Notes: generated by a model not told the origin, from the sequence alone. A stretch of 49,909 bases of DNA from Gemmatimonadota bacterium (GCA_027346425.1 DAIESF010000079.1:1-49909); one strand, 5' to 3'. Positions 24,905 to 34,225 are shown, numbered from the stretch's first letter. Program-made: numbers and translations.

Positions 24905-26311
24905 ATGCGCACTCACCTCGAACGCGCGGCCGTCGCCGCGACCCTGTTCGCTGCCGTCGCGATGTCCGTGGCGATGGCCCCCGCCATCGCCCTCGCCCAG
25001 ACCGATGCCCCCCTGCGCCGCACCGTCCCCGTGCGTCGTGACCCGGTGGCGACGGCGCTCCCCTCGTGGAGCGAGCAGATCCGCATCCGCGAAGGATGGC
25101 TCGAGAAGCGACACCAGATGCTCCTCGGCATGATGCGCCGGCACGACGTGCAGATGTGGATCGTTGCCAACGAGGAGTTCCACGACGACCCGCTCGCCGA
25201 GTTCATCGCCCCGCCCCGCCCGTACACCGGGAACCGCGACTTCTTCATCTTCGTCGACACCGGCGGCCCGCAGCTCAAGAAGGTCGCCGTCACCGGCTAC
25301 AGCGAGGACAACCTCAAGCGCTTTTTCGAGTCGCCCGACGAGCCGAAGCCGATCAACGTCGTCCTCCCCGAGTTGTTCGCCCGCTTCCAGCCGCAACATG
25401 TCGCGTTAGGCATCGGCGGCAAGCGCGGCGTCACCCGTTCGCTCACCCACGACACCTACGTCGAGCTTTACAACCTGCTGGGCCCCGTGGGGCAGCCGCG
25501 CATCACCAGCGCCGCCGACCTCATCGAGGAGTACCTCGACACGCGCATTCCCGAGGAGATGCCGTACTATACCCGCGCCGTGCAGCTGACGGAGTCGCTG
25601 GCGCGGCGCGCCCTGTCCAACGAGGTGATCGTCCCGGGAACAACCACGGTGGGTGACGTGCGGAACTGGCTGTACGACGCGATGTGGGCGGCCGGGGTGC
25701 GCACCTGGTTCCAGCCCGACCTGCGCGTGCAGCGGCGCGGGATGTCCCGCGCGTCGTCGCGCGGCTTCCTCGCCGTCGCCCCAGAGAGCACCGTCATCCG
25801 GCGTGGCGACGTGGTGCACCTCGACTTCGGCATCTCGGTGATGGGGTTCGACACCGACTGGCAGAAGATGGCCTACGTCCTCAAGCCCGGGGAGCGCGAC
25901 GTCCCGGCGGGGCTCAAGGCGGCGATGACGAACAGCCATACGCTGCAGGACGCGCTCATGAAGACCTGGTCGCGCCCCGGCGCCCTCGTGTCGGACGTCT
26001 ACGATTCGACGATGGCCGACATGCAGCGCCGGGGGATCAACGCGATGATCTACTCCCACCCCATCGGGAACCAGGGTCACGGACTCGGCGCCGCCATCGA
26101 CTTCCGCTCCGCGCAACGCCCCGAACTCGGCGCCACCGGCAAGCGGCTGCGCAGGGGATCGTACATCTCGATCGAACTCAACACCCGCACGCCGGTGCCG
26201 GAGTGGGATGGGCAGGACGTCTTCGTGATGTTCGAGGACGACGCCCATCTCACGGATGCGGGATGGGAGTTCTTCAGGCCGCGTCAGGAGGCGTGGTACG
26301 TGATTCGTTAG
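24905..26311 (+). CDS. Secreted M24-family metallopeptidase (Xaa-Pro peptidase/creatinase-fold)
   Basis: Start '[32 protein letters not shown]'. Pita-bread-fold motifs '[25 protein letters not shown]', '[11 protein letters not shown]' and 'GSYISIELN'. The upstream part of the 1046-aa ORF was rejected as an antisense shadow. Confidence 0.8.
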   Translation: MRTHLERAAVAATLFAAVAMSVAMAPAIALAQTDAPLRRTVPVRRDPVATALPSWSEQIRIREGWLEKRHQMLLGMMRRHDVQMWIVANEEFHDDPLAEFIAPPRPYTGNRDFFIFVDTGGPQLKKVAVTGYSEDNLKRFFESPDEPKPINVVLPELFARFQPQHVALGIGGKRGVTRSLTHDTYVELYNLLGPVGQPRITSAADLIEEYLDTRIPEEMPYYTRAVQLTESLARRALSNEVIVPGTTTVGDVRNWLYDAMWAAGVRTWFQPDLRVQRRGMSRASSRGFLAVAPESTVIRRGDVVHLDFGISVMGFDTDWQKMAYVLKPGERDVPAGLKAAMTNSHTLQDALMKTWSRPGALVSDVYDSTMADMQRRGINAMIYSHPIGNQGHGLGAAIDFRSAQRPELGATGKRLRRGSYISIELNTRTPVPEWDGQDVFVMFEDDAHLTDAGWEFFRPRQEAWYVIR

Positions 26312-26320
26312 GCGGTGCCA

Positions 26321-26341
26321 GACGGGGGACGGGAGTCGGGA
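26321..26341 (+). repeat. Heptamer array (GACGGGG GACGGGA GTCGGGA) between convergent genes
   Basis: 7-bp periodicity read directly from the sequence. It contains the 16-mer GGACGGGAGTCGGGAG (26327-26342), which recurs exactly at 38989-39004. Confidence 0.7.
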
Positions 26342-26360
26342 GGGCGGTGCGTGTGGCGCG

Positions 26361-27983
26361 CTATTGCTCGCGCCAGGGGATGTCCCGGGAGCGGTGGAAG
26401 TTGATGCCCACCGCCGACAGGCGAGGGGCGTTGGAGCCCAGGCGGTCGCGGAAGTTCTTCCAGTTCCCTGCCGACTGTGGGGACCAGCCCACTTCGGCGA
26501 GGGCGATCAGGCGCGGGAAGGCGAGGTACTCGAAGTCGGTGCGCCGCTCGAGCGTCTCCGACCAGAGGGGAGCCTCGATCCCCAGGAGTGAGCGGCCGCT
26601 CACCCCCGGGGTGACGGTCTCGGGGTCCCATTCATAGGCGTACCGAACGTCGAAGAGCCCGGCCCACCCGAGGCAGAGCGTGGTGCTGCTGTCGTACTTC
26701 ATGTCGATGTAGGTGCGGTTGCCCGGGGAGAGGATCACCTGGCCGCCGCGTGCCGCATGGACGTGCGACGAGTCGCTCGGCTTGCCATTGCGCGCGGGGC
26801 GCCAGTGCTGGACCACGCTGCTCGGGTCGAGCCGTGCAGCTGCAATCTCTCCCCACCCGATGGCCCGCTTCCCGTGGGCGCGCACGATCCCCTCTACGCG
26901 CTCCACGAAGCGGAGGTATTCCTCGTGCCCGAGCTTTTCCACTTCGTCGCCACCCATGTGGAAGTACGCGCCAGGGGTGAGCGCCGAAATCTCGCGCACC
27001 ACGTCGTCGATGAAGCGGTAGACCGTGTCGCGCGAGGCGCAAAGTGCGCTGAAGCCGACCTTGATCCCGGTGTAGAGCGGAGGGGCGACGTCGTCGCAGT
27101 TCAGCTCCGGGTACGAGGCGAGCGCAGCGTTGGTGTGCCCCGGCATGTCGATCTCCGGGACGACGGTGATGAAGCGCTCGGCGGCGTAGGCGACGAGGTC
27201 GGCGTATTGCGCCTGCGTGTAATAGCCGCCGGCCATCCCGCCCACCTGCGTTCTTCCCCCGGTGCGCGCGAGATTCGGCCACGAGGTGATCTCGATGCGC
27301 CACCCCTGGTCGTCGGAGAGGTGCAGGTGCAAGCGGTTGAGCTTGAAGAGCGCCATGGCGTCGATGTAGCGCTTGACGTCATCGGCCGGGAGGAAGTGGC
27401 GCGCCACGTCGAGCATCGCCCCCCGCCATGCATAACGAGGGCGATCGGTGACCTGCACCGCGGGGACGACGAGGACGCGCCGCACGGCGGCCCGGTGCTC
27501 GACCGAGACCGGGAGGAGCTGCCGCAAGGTCTGTGTCCCGTTGAACAGCCCGTGGGTCGCGCCGGCCCGGATCACCACGCCGTTCCCGTCGGCCGAGAGG
27601 GTGTATCCCTCGTCGCCCAACGTGTCGGGGGCCACCTGCAGCGAGATGCTGCGCGGCGGGGGGGCCTCGCCAGGCGCAAGGCGGCTCACCCCGCCCACCG
27701 ACGTCGCCGGTGCCAGCATCGCCGACAGCTGGCCCGCCAGTCGCTCGACATCGGGCGCCGCATCGGCAGCGATCACGATGCGCGTGCTGTCGGTGATGAT
27801 GAACGAGTCGCTGGACACGACGCGAAGGCCGAGCGGGGCCGGGATGAGCGCCTGGGTGCTGGGGAGCGGGCGCGGCGCGAGGCGCCCCCTGGGGGCTCGG
27901 TGGCACGCCGCAACGGCGAGGACGAGGCCGGCGAACAGGGGCAGGCGCAGCGCGCGCGGCGAAACGATGGAGCGAAGACGCAT
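26361..27983 (-). CDS. Secreted beta-N-acetylhexosaminidase, glycoside hydrolase family 20
   Basis: 'RGAMLDVARHFLP...LNRLHLHLSDDQGWRIEI' and 'EIDMPGHTNAAL...HMGGDEV' are GH20 catalytic-domain motifs. N-terminal signal peptide present. Confidence 0.9.
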   Translation of the reverse strand: MRLRSIVSPRALRLPLFAGLVLAVAACHRAPRGRLAPRPLPSTQALIPAPLGLRVVSSDSFIITDSTRIVIAADAAPDVERLAGQLSAMLAPATSVGGVSRLAPGEAPPPRSISLQVAPDTLGDEGYTLSADGNGVVIRAGATHGLFNGTQTLRQLLPVSVEHRAAVRRVLVVPAVQVTDRPRYAWRGAMLDVARHFLPADDVKRYIDAMALFKLNRLHLHLSDDQGWRIEITSWPNLARTGGRTQVGGMAGGYYTQAQYADLVAYAAERFITVVPEIDMPGHTNAALASYPELNCDDVAPPLYTGIKVGFSALCASRDTVYRFIDDVVREISALTPGAYFHMGGDEVEKLGHEEYLRFVERVEGIVRAHGKRAIGWGEIAAARLDPSSVVQHWRPARNGKPSDSSHVHAARGGQVILSPGNRTYIDMKYDSSTTLCLGWAGLFDVRYAYEWDPETVTPGVSGRSLLGIEAPLWSETLERRTDFEYLAFPRLIALAEVGWSPQSAGNWKNFRDRLGSNAPRLSAVGINFHRSRDIPWREQ

Positions 27984-28050
27984 CGGTTGAGCGTGTGAAA
28001 GGTGGAGGCAATACTATCTCCCGGCGCCCCGTGCGTCACCGCTGCCCATC

Positions 28051-28569
28051 ATGCCGCCCATGCCCGCATCGCTGCAGTTGCGCCTCAAGAAGGGGAGCGA
28101 CGGACGCATCGCCTCGTTCGCGCTGCATCGCGCCGACGGGAGCGTCACGGTGATGCGCAACCCGCACGCCTTCTTCCCCATCCACGACCTCACGCACTAC
28201 GCCGTGGAGACGACCCTCCACCACCGGCGCGGCTTCTACGGTCTGGTGTGCGAAGGGTGGAACTTCGAGGACTTCGGTTCGCCGTGGCCCCGCGGGCGCC
28301 TTCCGGCCGACATCGCCCCCGCCGAGTCGATCGTGGGGCTCTTCGACCTGGAGCGGGCGACCGGCTTCCCGATGTCGCTGGACGAGCTCAACCGGTCGTT
28401 GCGCGAGAAGCTGGCCGAGCGCCCGGGGGCAGCCGTCCGCCCCATATCCCTAGCCGAACTCGACACTATCCGCCGCCGGATCAGCGACTATGCCGCCCGC
28501 TGGAGGGCCCTCCCCCCCGGCGAAACGCTCACCCTGGACTTCACCCCCGGCGAAGACGGTCCGGAGTAG
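28051..28569 (+). CDS. Hypothetical protein (172 aa), no family recognised
   Basis: High GC3 and balanced composition. Starts MPPMPASL. His-rich segment 'FFPIHDLTHYAVETTLHHRRGFYG'. Confidence 0.6.
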   Translation: MPPMPASLQLRLKKGSDGRIASFALHRADGSVTVMRNPHAFFPIHDLTHYAVETTLHHRRGFYGLVCEGWNFEDFGSPWPRGRLPADIAPAESIVGLFDLERATGFPMSLDELNRSLREKLAERPGAAVRPISLAELDTIRRRISDYAARWRALPPGETLTLDFTPGEDGPE

Positions 28570-28688
28570 CTCCGGCCCCCTGCCCCCCCGTCCGCACTCC
28601 CCCAGCGAAATCCCGCCCCCGGGTAAACGCATTTCCAGTGCAGGGTGTCTGAAATACGACAGCAGTAAGCATCCGACGAACAGCCGTT

Positions 28689-28720
28689 GTCTCGTCTTCT
28701 CGTCTTCTCGTCCTCTCGGA
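28689..28720 (+). repeat. Octamer array D (gtctcgtc ttctcgtc ttctcgtc ctctcgga)
   Basis: Read directly from the sequence. It ends 4 nt before the blaI-like ATG (28725). Its edge variants match those of coding array B. Confidence 0.9.
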
Positions 28721-28724
28721 AACA

Positions 28725-29120
28725 ATGCCCGTACCCACCCATCTCACCGACCTCCAGCTCGCCATCGTGCGCGTGCTCTGGACGCGCGGCCCGAGCACCG
28801 TGGTCGAGGTGCAGGAGTCGCTCCTCCCCGATCGCCCGCTTGCCCAGACGACGGTCGCGACGCTCCTCACGCGCCTCGAGAAGCGCGGCGTGGTGAGTCA
28901 TAGCACTGAGGGGAGGCAGTACCAGTACCGTGCGCTCGTGACCGAGCCCGAGGTGCGGCGCTCGATGGTATCGGAGCTCACCGACATGCTCTTCGCCGGG
29001 CGCCCTGCGGCGCTCATCTCGCATCTGATCGGGGAGCGCGAAATCGCCCCCGGTGATCTGGTCGAGGTGAAGCGCCTGATTGCCGCCGCCGAGCGGCGGA
29101 CCGGGACCAATGGACGTTAG
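28725..29120 (+). CDS. BlaI/MecI/CopY-family transcriptional repressor
   Basis: Winged-helix 'LTDLQLAIVRVLWTRGPSTVVEVQESL...LAQTTVATLLTRLEKRGVVSH...YQYRALV'. 131 aa. Followed by an overlapping M56 gene. Confidence 0.88.
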   Translation: MPVPTHLTDLQLAIVRVLWTRGPSTVVEVQESLLPDRPLAQTTVATLLTRLEKRGVVSHSTEGRQYQYRALVTEPEVRRSMVSELTDMLFAGRPAALISHLIGEREIAPGDLVEVKRLIAAAERRTGTNGR

Positions 29121-30360
29121 GCTCCTCTTTTCGCTCGTTGCCCTCCTGGGACGGGGGGCAGACCTGGTGGGGGGATGGCTCCTGACGTACGCGGTGCACA
29201 GCACCGTCCTCCTGGGCGCGGCATGGCTGCTCGTCTCGCGTCGGCACCTGCGCTGGTCGCCGGCGGCGCGACACGCCATCTGGAGCGTGGCACTGGTCGC
29301 GGGATTCGTCACGGCAACGCTGCAGCTGGCGACCCCATGGACCCCGGTGGGGGGGGCGATGCAGCTCCCGCTGGCGCGCAGCGCCGTGACGGCGCTGCAG
29401 GTGATGCAGCACGACGTTGGGCTCCCGGCCGCCGGCGCCGGTGACGCTGGCGGCGCTGGCGGCGCTGTGTCGACGCGAGTGCTCGTCGTGGGTGTGTCGG
29501 CCAGCACCATGGCGGTCGCCGCCTGGGCGCTCGTGACGCTCGTCCTGGTGGGGAGGCTCGCCCTTGCCCACCGCCGGTTGCGGCTGGCGCTGGCCGATCG
29601 CCGCGACGTTGGACCCTCGCTGGTCGCTGGCGCCCTGCGTCACCTGCTGGCGGAAGGGGGGGTGCGGCGCGCGGTGTCGCTCAGCACCAGCGACGCCTTG
29701 CAGGCCCCGGCCGCCATCCCCGGCGACGAGATCGTCCTCCCCACCCGTGCCCTGCGCGAGCTGTCGCTCGCCGAGCAGGAGGGGGTGCTGGCCCACGAGC
29801 TCGCCCATGTGGTGCGCCGCGACACCCTGTGGCTGCAGCTGGCGGCGTGGATCGAGCGCCTCGCCTGGTTCCAGCCGCTCAACCGGGTCGCTCGCCGCCA
29901 GTTGCAATATTCGGCCGAGTTCGCCGCCGACGCCTGGGCGGTTGCGGTCACGCGGCAGCCGTTGCGGCTGGCGCAGGCACTGGCCCGCGTCGCCGAGTGG
30001 GTTGCGCCCGACGGTGCGTCGCACGCCTCCCTCGCCCCGGGTGCGGACGGGTCGCCGCTCATCGAGCGCGTGCGCCGCCTGACATCGCCGCGTGGCGAGC
30101 GCGAGTGGAGTGGCCATCGCGCGGCGCGCATCGCCATGCTCGCCGCCGCCGTCGTCGCCATGGGATTCCTTCCACGTATCCAGCTCTCGGGGGGGCACGA
30201 GGAGGGGATGAAGCGGGTCGAGCGGTTCGAGCTCGACACCGGTGCATCACAGACGGCAATCAACCACTTCCGAGTGATGCGCACGGCATGGCTCGGCTCC
30301 AGCGCCGCCGCCAACCGCCCGCTGCAGCGCGTGGTGATCGCGAGGCGGGTGACGTCGTAG
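29110..30360 (+). CDS. BlaR1-like M56-family membrane metalloprotease (signal transducer/anti-repressor)
   Basis: N-terminal TM helices and the zinc motif 'HELAHVVRRD'. The ATG at 29110 overlaps the blaI-like gene by 11 nt. Confidence 0.85.
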   Translation: MDVRLLFSLVALLGRGADLVGGWLLTYAVHSTVLLGAAWLLVSRRHLRWSPAARHAIWSVALVAGFVTATLQLATPWTPVGGAMQLPLARSAVTALQVMQHDVGLPAAGAGDAGGAGGAVSTRVLVVGVSASTMAVAAWALVTLVLVGRLALAHRRLRLALADRRDVGPSLVAGALRHLLAEGGVRRAVSLSTSDALQAPAAIPGDEIVLPTRALRELSLAEQEGVLAHELAHVVRRDTLWLQLAAWIERLAWFQPLNRVARRQLQYSAEFAADAWAVAVTRQPLRLAQALARVAEWVAPDGASHASLAPGADGSPLIERVRRLTSPRGEREWSGHRAARIAMLAAAVVAMGFLPRIQLSGGHEEGMKRVERFELDTGASQTAINHFRVMRTAWLGSSAAANRPLQRVVIARRVTS

Positions 30361-30400
30361 CTCGCGGGGGCTCGGTCGGGCGCGGTCGGGCGCGGTCGGG
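30361..30400 (+). repeat. 10-bp tandem array (CkCGGTCGGG x3, plus one degenerate unit) directly after the blaR1-like stop
   Basis: ctcgcggggg ctcggtcggg cgcggtcggg cgcggtcggg, read directly from the sequence. Confidence 0.8.
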
Positions 30401-30498
30401 GGCGCGCCGGCAATCCAGGGCGCGCGCGCGCCGCTGCGTCGCGCGCTCAGGTGGCGGGGGATAGCTTCCGTCACCCCCACCCCACACGCTGCCATCGC

Positions 30499-31830
30499 AT
30501 GTTCGTCTGGCCCGTCGTCGCCCTCGTCGTCATCCTGGCCACCGTGTGGTGGGCGGCCGGGGTGCGTACGGCCACGCTGCGGAGCGCTGACGAGGCGCGC
30601 GATGTTCTGGCGGTCGAGCATCCCGAGTGGCGGGCCGGGGAGATGATTGGCGCTGTCGACGGGAGATGCGCCCTGGTGGCGGGGGTGCCGCCCGACGAGA
30701 CGGTCGGCGTCGTCTTCGCCCATGGCGACACGCTGACCTCGCGTCTCATTCACCGAGGCGACCTGGCCCGCCTCGAGGAGGGGCCCGTGGACGGCGCCGT
30801 GCGCGCGCGCCTGCACCTGCACGACCTGGGGTGCCCGCGCATCGACGTGCAGCTGCCGAACGACGCGTGGGGAGCGTGGCGCCTTCGGCTGCAGCGGCTG
30901 TCGTCGGGGGCGCTCGCGGTGATGGCGTGCGCGCTGGTCGCATTGGCGACGATGCGCGCCCGCCCGCTGCAGGCGCAAGGGGCCGCCGGCGCCTGCGCCA
31001 CCCCGTTGCACGCCACCACGACGCCGTCCCGCCCGCGCCCCGGGTCGCTGTTCACGGTGCAGCTGACGGACTATCCGGACGCTTCACCCCCGGGAGGGCG
31101 TGTGGCCGGGGAGCCGCTGCACTTCAGCACGGAGGGCACCGGCCGCTGGCACGCGCTCGCCGCCGCCCCCATCGACTCGATGACGTCGTTAGGTATCCGC
31201 CTCGCCTGCCCGGGCGCCCCGACTGACTCCGCGGTGTTCGACGTTCCGCTCGCCAGCGCCTCCTACCCCCTCGAACGGCTCCGCGTCGCCCCGCCGTTCT
31301 CCGCCCCGCCCGACTCGGCACTCCAGGCGCGCATGCGCCGCGAAGCGGAACGCGCCGCCGCCGTCTCCGACGCGTCGCATGCGACGCCGCGCCTCTGGAC
31401 CGCGCCGTTCCGCGCCCCCCGCGCGAGCCGGATCACCAGCAGCTTTGGGCGCGGGCGCGAGTTCAACGGGACGGTCACGTCGCGCCACATGGGGACCGAC
31501 TACGCCGGCGCCGTCGGGGCCCCGATCCGCGCCGCCAACCGTGGCGTGGTCCGCCTCGTCGATCGCTTCTACCTCGGCGGCAACGTGGTGTACATCGACC
31601 ACGGCGAGGGAGTCGTCACCGCGTACCTGCACCTCAGCCGCCATCGCGTAGCCGAAGGCGATACCGTGGCGCGCGGCGACGTCATCGGGCTGGTGGGGGC
31701 GACCGGGCGCGTGACCGGGCCGCACCTGCACTGGATCGCGCGCTACGGACGGGTGACCGTCGATCCGCAGTCGCTGCTGCGGGTCACGTCGGGAGAGGGA
31801 AGAGGGGCGAAAGGGGCGACGCCCCGCTAA
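30499..31830 (+). CDS. M23-family (LytM-type) metallopeptidase with an extra N-terminal membrane-anchored module
   Basis: C-terminal 'HMGTDYAGAVGAPIRAANRGVV...VYIDHGEGVVTAYLHLS...GATGRVTGPHLHW'. Two hydrophobic segments: MFVWPVVALVVILATVWW at 30499, and MACALVALATMRARPLQAQG from the ATG at 30922. Start ambiguous (30451, 30499 or 30922). Confidence 0.8.
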   Translation: MFVWPVVALVVILATVWWAAGVRTATLRSADEARDVLAVEHPEWRAGEMIGAVDGRCALVAGVPPDETVGVVFAHGDTLTSRLIHRGDLARLEEGPVDGAVRARLHLHDLGCPRIDVQLPNDAWGAWRLRLQRLSSGALAVMACALVALATMRARPLQAQGAAGACATPLHATTTPSRPRPGSLFTVQLTDYPDASPPGGRVAGEPLHFSTEGTGRWHALAAAPIDSMTSLGIRLACPGAPTDSAVFDVPLASASYPLERLRVAPPFSAPPDSALQARMRREAERAAAVSDASHATPRLWTAPFRAPRASRITSSFGRGREFNGTVTSRHMGTDYAGAVGAPIRAANRGVVRLVDRFYLGGNVVYIDHGEGVVTAYLHLSRHRVAEGDTVARGDVIGLVGATGRVTGPHLHWIARYGRVTVDPQSLLRVTSGEGRGAKGATPR

Positions 31831-31840
31831 CCGCTCGCGC

Positions 31841-32794
31841 ATGCTCGAGACCCTCGCCGCCGCCCTTCCCAGCCCGGTCGCCTTCGCGATCCCGGTCTTC
31901 ATGCTCCTCATCGTCGCCGAGGTGCTGTGGAGCCGGCGACACCTACCGACAAACTACGAGTTGCGTGACACGGCGGCGTCGATCCTCATGGGGTTCGGCA
32001 ACCTGTCGATCGGTATCGCCTACGGCGGAGTGATCTACGCGGCGACCAACTGGGTCTACCAGCATCGCCTCGTGAGCCTCCCCGAGGCGTGGTGGGTCTT
32101 CGTCGTGATCCTCTTCGCCGAGGACTTCTGCTATTACTGGTTCCACCGGTGGTCGCACGAGTACCGCGTCTGGTGGGCAGCGCACGTCAACCACCACTCG
32201 TCGCAGCACCTCAACCTCTCCACCGCCCTCCGCCAGAGCTGGACCGGCAATCTCGCGTTTGTCTGGGTCCTCTGGCTCCCGTTGGCGCTCGTCGGTTTCC
32301 CCCCGGCGCTCATCGCCTTCCAGCAGGGGGTGAGCCTCGTCTACCAGTTCTGGATCCACACCGAGTCGGTGCGCCGCCTCCCGCGATGGGCCGAGTTCAT
32401 CTTCAACACACCGTCGCACCATCGCGTCCACCACGCCAGCAATGCCCGCTACCTCGACCGGAACTACGCCGGGATCTTCATCATCTGGGACCGCATGTTC
32501 GGGACGCTGGTCCTGGAAGACGATCGCGAGCCGTGCCGCTATGGGGTCACGACCAACCTCGGGACCTTCAACCCGCTGCGGATCGCCTTCCACGAGTGGG
32601 CGGCGATCGCACGCGACGTGGTGCGCGCCGCAAGCTGGCGCGAGCGCTTCGGTTACGTCTTCGGCCCCCCGGGTTGGAGCCTCGACGGGTCGCGGCGGAC
32701 GTCGGCGCAGATCCGTCGCGAGTGGCGCGAGCGTCAGGGGATGCAGGGCTCGGCGGGCGACGGAGATTCCAGTCAGCACATGGACGCTGGCTGA
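31841..32794 (+). CDS. Fatty acid hydroxylase / sterol desaturase family membrane protein
   Basis: Histidine boxes 'HRWSHE', 'HVNHHSS' and 'HHRVHH', plus 4 or more TM segments. Confidence 0.85.
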   Translation: MLETLAAALPSPVAFAIPVFMLLIVAEVLWSRRHLPTNYELRDTAASILMGFGNLSIGIAYGGVIYAATNWVYQHRLVSLPEAWWVFVVILFAEDFCYYWFHRWSHEYRVWWAAHVNHHSSQHLNLSTALRQSWTGNLAFVWVLWLPLALVGFPPALIAFQQGVSLVYQFWIHTESVRRLPRWAEFIFNTPSHHRVHHASNARYLDRNYAGIFIIWDRMFGTLVLEDDREPCRYGVTTNLGTFNPLRIAFHEWAAIARDVVRAASWRERFGYVFGPPGWSLDGSRRTSAQIRREWRERQGMQGSAGDGDSSQHMDAG

Positions 32795-32892
32795 TCGGGG
32801 AATATGTGGATCGGCTAATGCGACAAGCGCGGAGTGGTCGATCGCTCCCCGGCGCCGCATCTTAGGTGGACATCCCCCGAGCCCCTTCTCAC

Positions 32893-34221
32893 ATGCGGCG
32901 TCGCGACTTCACCAAGGCCTCCCTCTCTGCCCTCGGCGCCCTCTCGGTGGGGCGAGCGGGGGGCTTCGCGCTTCCGCATCTTGGCGTCTCGCCGACGCTG
33001 GTGAACGGGGAGCGTCTCAACGCCCACATCGCCGAGCTGTCGCAGTTCGGGAAGAACGACTTCGGCGGCGTCTCGCGCGTGGCGTATTCGGACTTCGACA
33101 AGCAGGGGCGCGCGTACGCGATGGGGCTGATGCGTGCCGCCGGTCTCACCGTCACGATTGACGCTGGCGGGAACATCTGGGGGCGGCGCGCCGGCTCCGA
33201 CCCGTCGCGCAAGCCGATCGTCTTCGGTTCGCACATCGACTCCGTCCCCGAAGGGGGGAATTTCGACGGCCCCGTCGGCTCGCTCGGCGCCATCGAGGTA
33301 GCGCAGACGTTAGGCGAGAAGGGGATCACGACCAAGCACCCCCTGGAGGTCGTCATCTTCCAGAACGAGGAGGGGGGGACGGTGGGGAGCCGGGTGCTGA
33401 CCGGTGAGGTGAGCGCCGACGACCTCACGCTCTCCACGAAGAGCGGGAAGACGATCGGCGAGGGGATCACCTTCATCGGTGGCGACGTGAACCAGCTGGC
33501 CGCGGCGCGTCGAGCCCCGGGGAGCATCGCCGGCTACGTGGAGCTGCACATCGAGCAGGGGGGGAACCTCGAGGCAGAGAAGCTGGACATCGGCGTCGTG
33601 GAAGGGATCGTGGGGATCGGCTGGTGGGACGTGACGATCGAGGGGTTCCCCAACCATGCCGGGACGACGGCGATGAACAACCGTCGCGACGCGATGCTCG
33701 CCGCGGCTCGCTTCACCGACATGGTGAATCGGGTCGTGACCAGCGTCCCGGGGCGGCAGGTGGGGACGGTGGGGCGCATCCAGGCCTTCCCCGGGGCGCC
33801 GAACGTGATCCCCGGCAAGGTCATCTGCTCACTGGAGCTGCGCGAACTCGATGCCGCGAAGCAGGCCATGCTCTTCGAGCGGATCAAGGGCGAGGCCGAG
33901 CATATCGGAACGGCGACCGGGACGACGTTCAGCTACAAGCCCACGCACGAATCGGCCCCCGCACTGTGCGACACGCGGGTGCAGAAGTTCGTGGAGCAAT
34001 CCGCGCGCGGCCTTGGACTAACTACCAAGTACATGCCGAGCGGGGCGGGGCACGACGCGCAGCACATGGCGCGGCTCGGGCCGGCGGGGATGATCTTCGT
34101 CCCCAGTGTCGGGGGGATCTCGCATTCCCCGAAGGAGTTCTCGCACGCGAAGGACGTCGCCAACGGCGCGAACGTCCTGTTGTCGACCGTCCTTGCCATC
34201 GACGCCGCGCCGTGGAGCTGA
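32893..34221 (+). CDS. M20-family Zn-dependent hydrolase (allantoate amidohydrolase / N-carbamoyl-amino-acid hydrolase family) with Tat-like signal
   Basis: 'MRRRDFTKASLSALGALSVG' is a twin-arginine-type signal. 'GNIWGRRAGSDPSRKPIVFGSHIDSVPEGGNFDGPVGSLGAIE' is typical of the family. Confidence 0.8.
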   Translation: MRRRDFTKASLSALGALSVGRAGGFALPHLGVSPTLVNGERLNAHIAELSQFGKNDFGGVSRVAYSDFDKQGRAYAMGLMRAAGLTVTIDAGGNIWGRRAGSDPSRKPIVFGSHIDSVPEGGNFDGPVGSLGAIEVAQTLGEKGITTKHPLEVVIFQNEEGGTVGSRVLTGEVSADDLTLSTKSGKTIGEGITFIGGDVNQLAAARRAPGSIAGYVELHIEQGGNLEAEKLDIGVVEGIVGIGWWDVTIEGFPNHAGTTAMNNRRDAMLAAARFTDMVNRVVTSVPGRQVGTVGRIQAFPGAPNVIPGKVICSLELRELDAAKQAMLFERIKGEAEHIGTATGTTFSYKPTHESAPALCDTRVQKFVEQSARGLGLTTKYMPSGAGHDAQHMARLGPAGMIFVPSVGGISHSPKEFSHAKDVANGANVLLSTVLAIDAAPWS

Positions 34222-34225
34222 CCCC

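Noticed and set aside
28632-28654. TTTCCAG-N9-TCTGAAA as the BlaI operator
   Set aside because: The dyad is imperfect (the halves are offset by one base), and it does not match the TACA/TGTA-type operators known for BlaI/MecI. It is mentioned only as a candidate.
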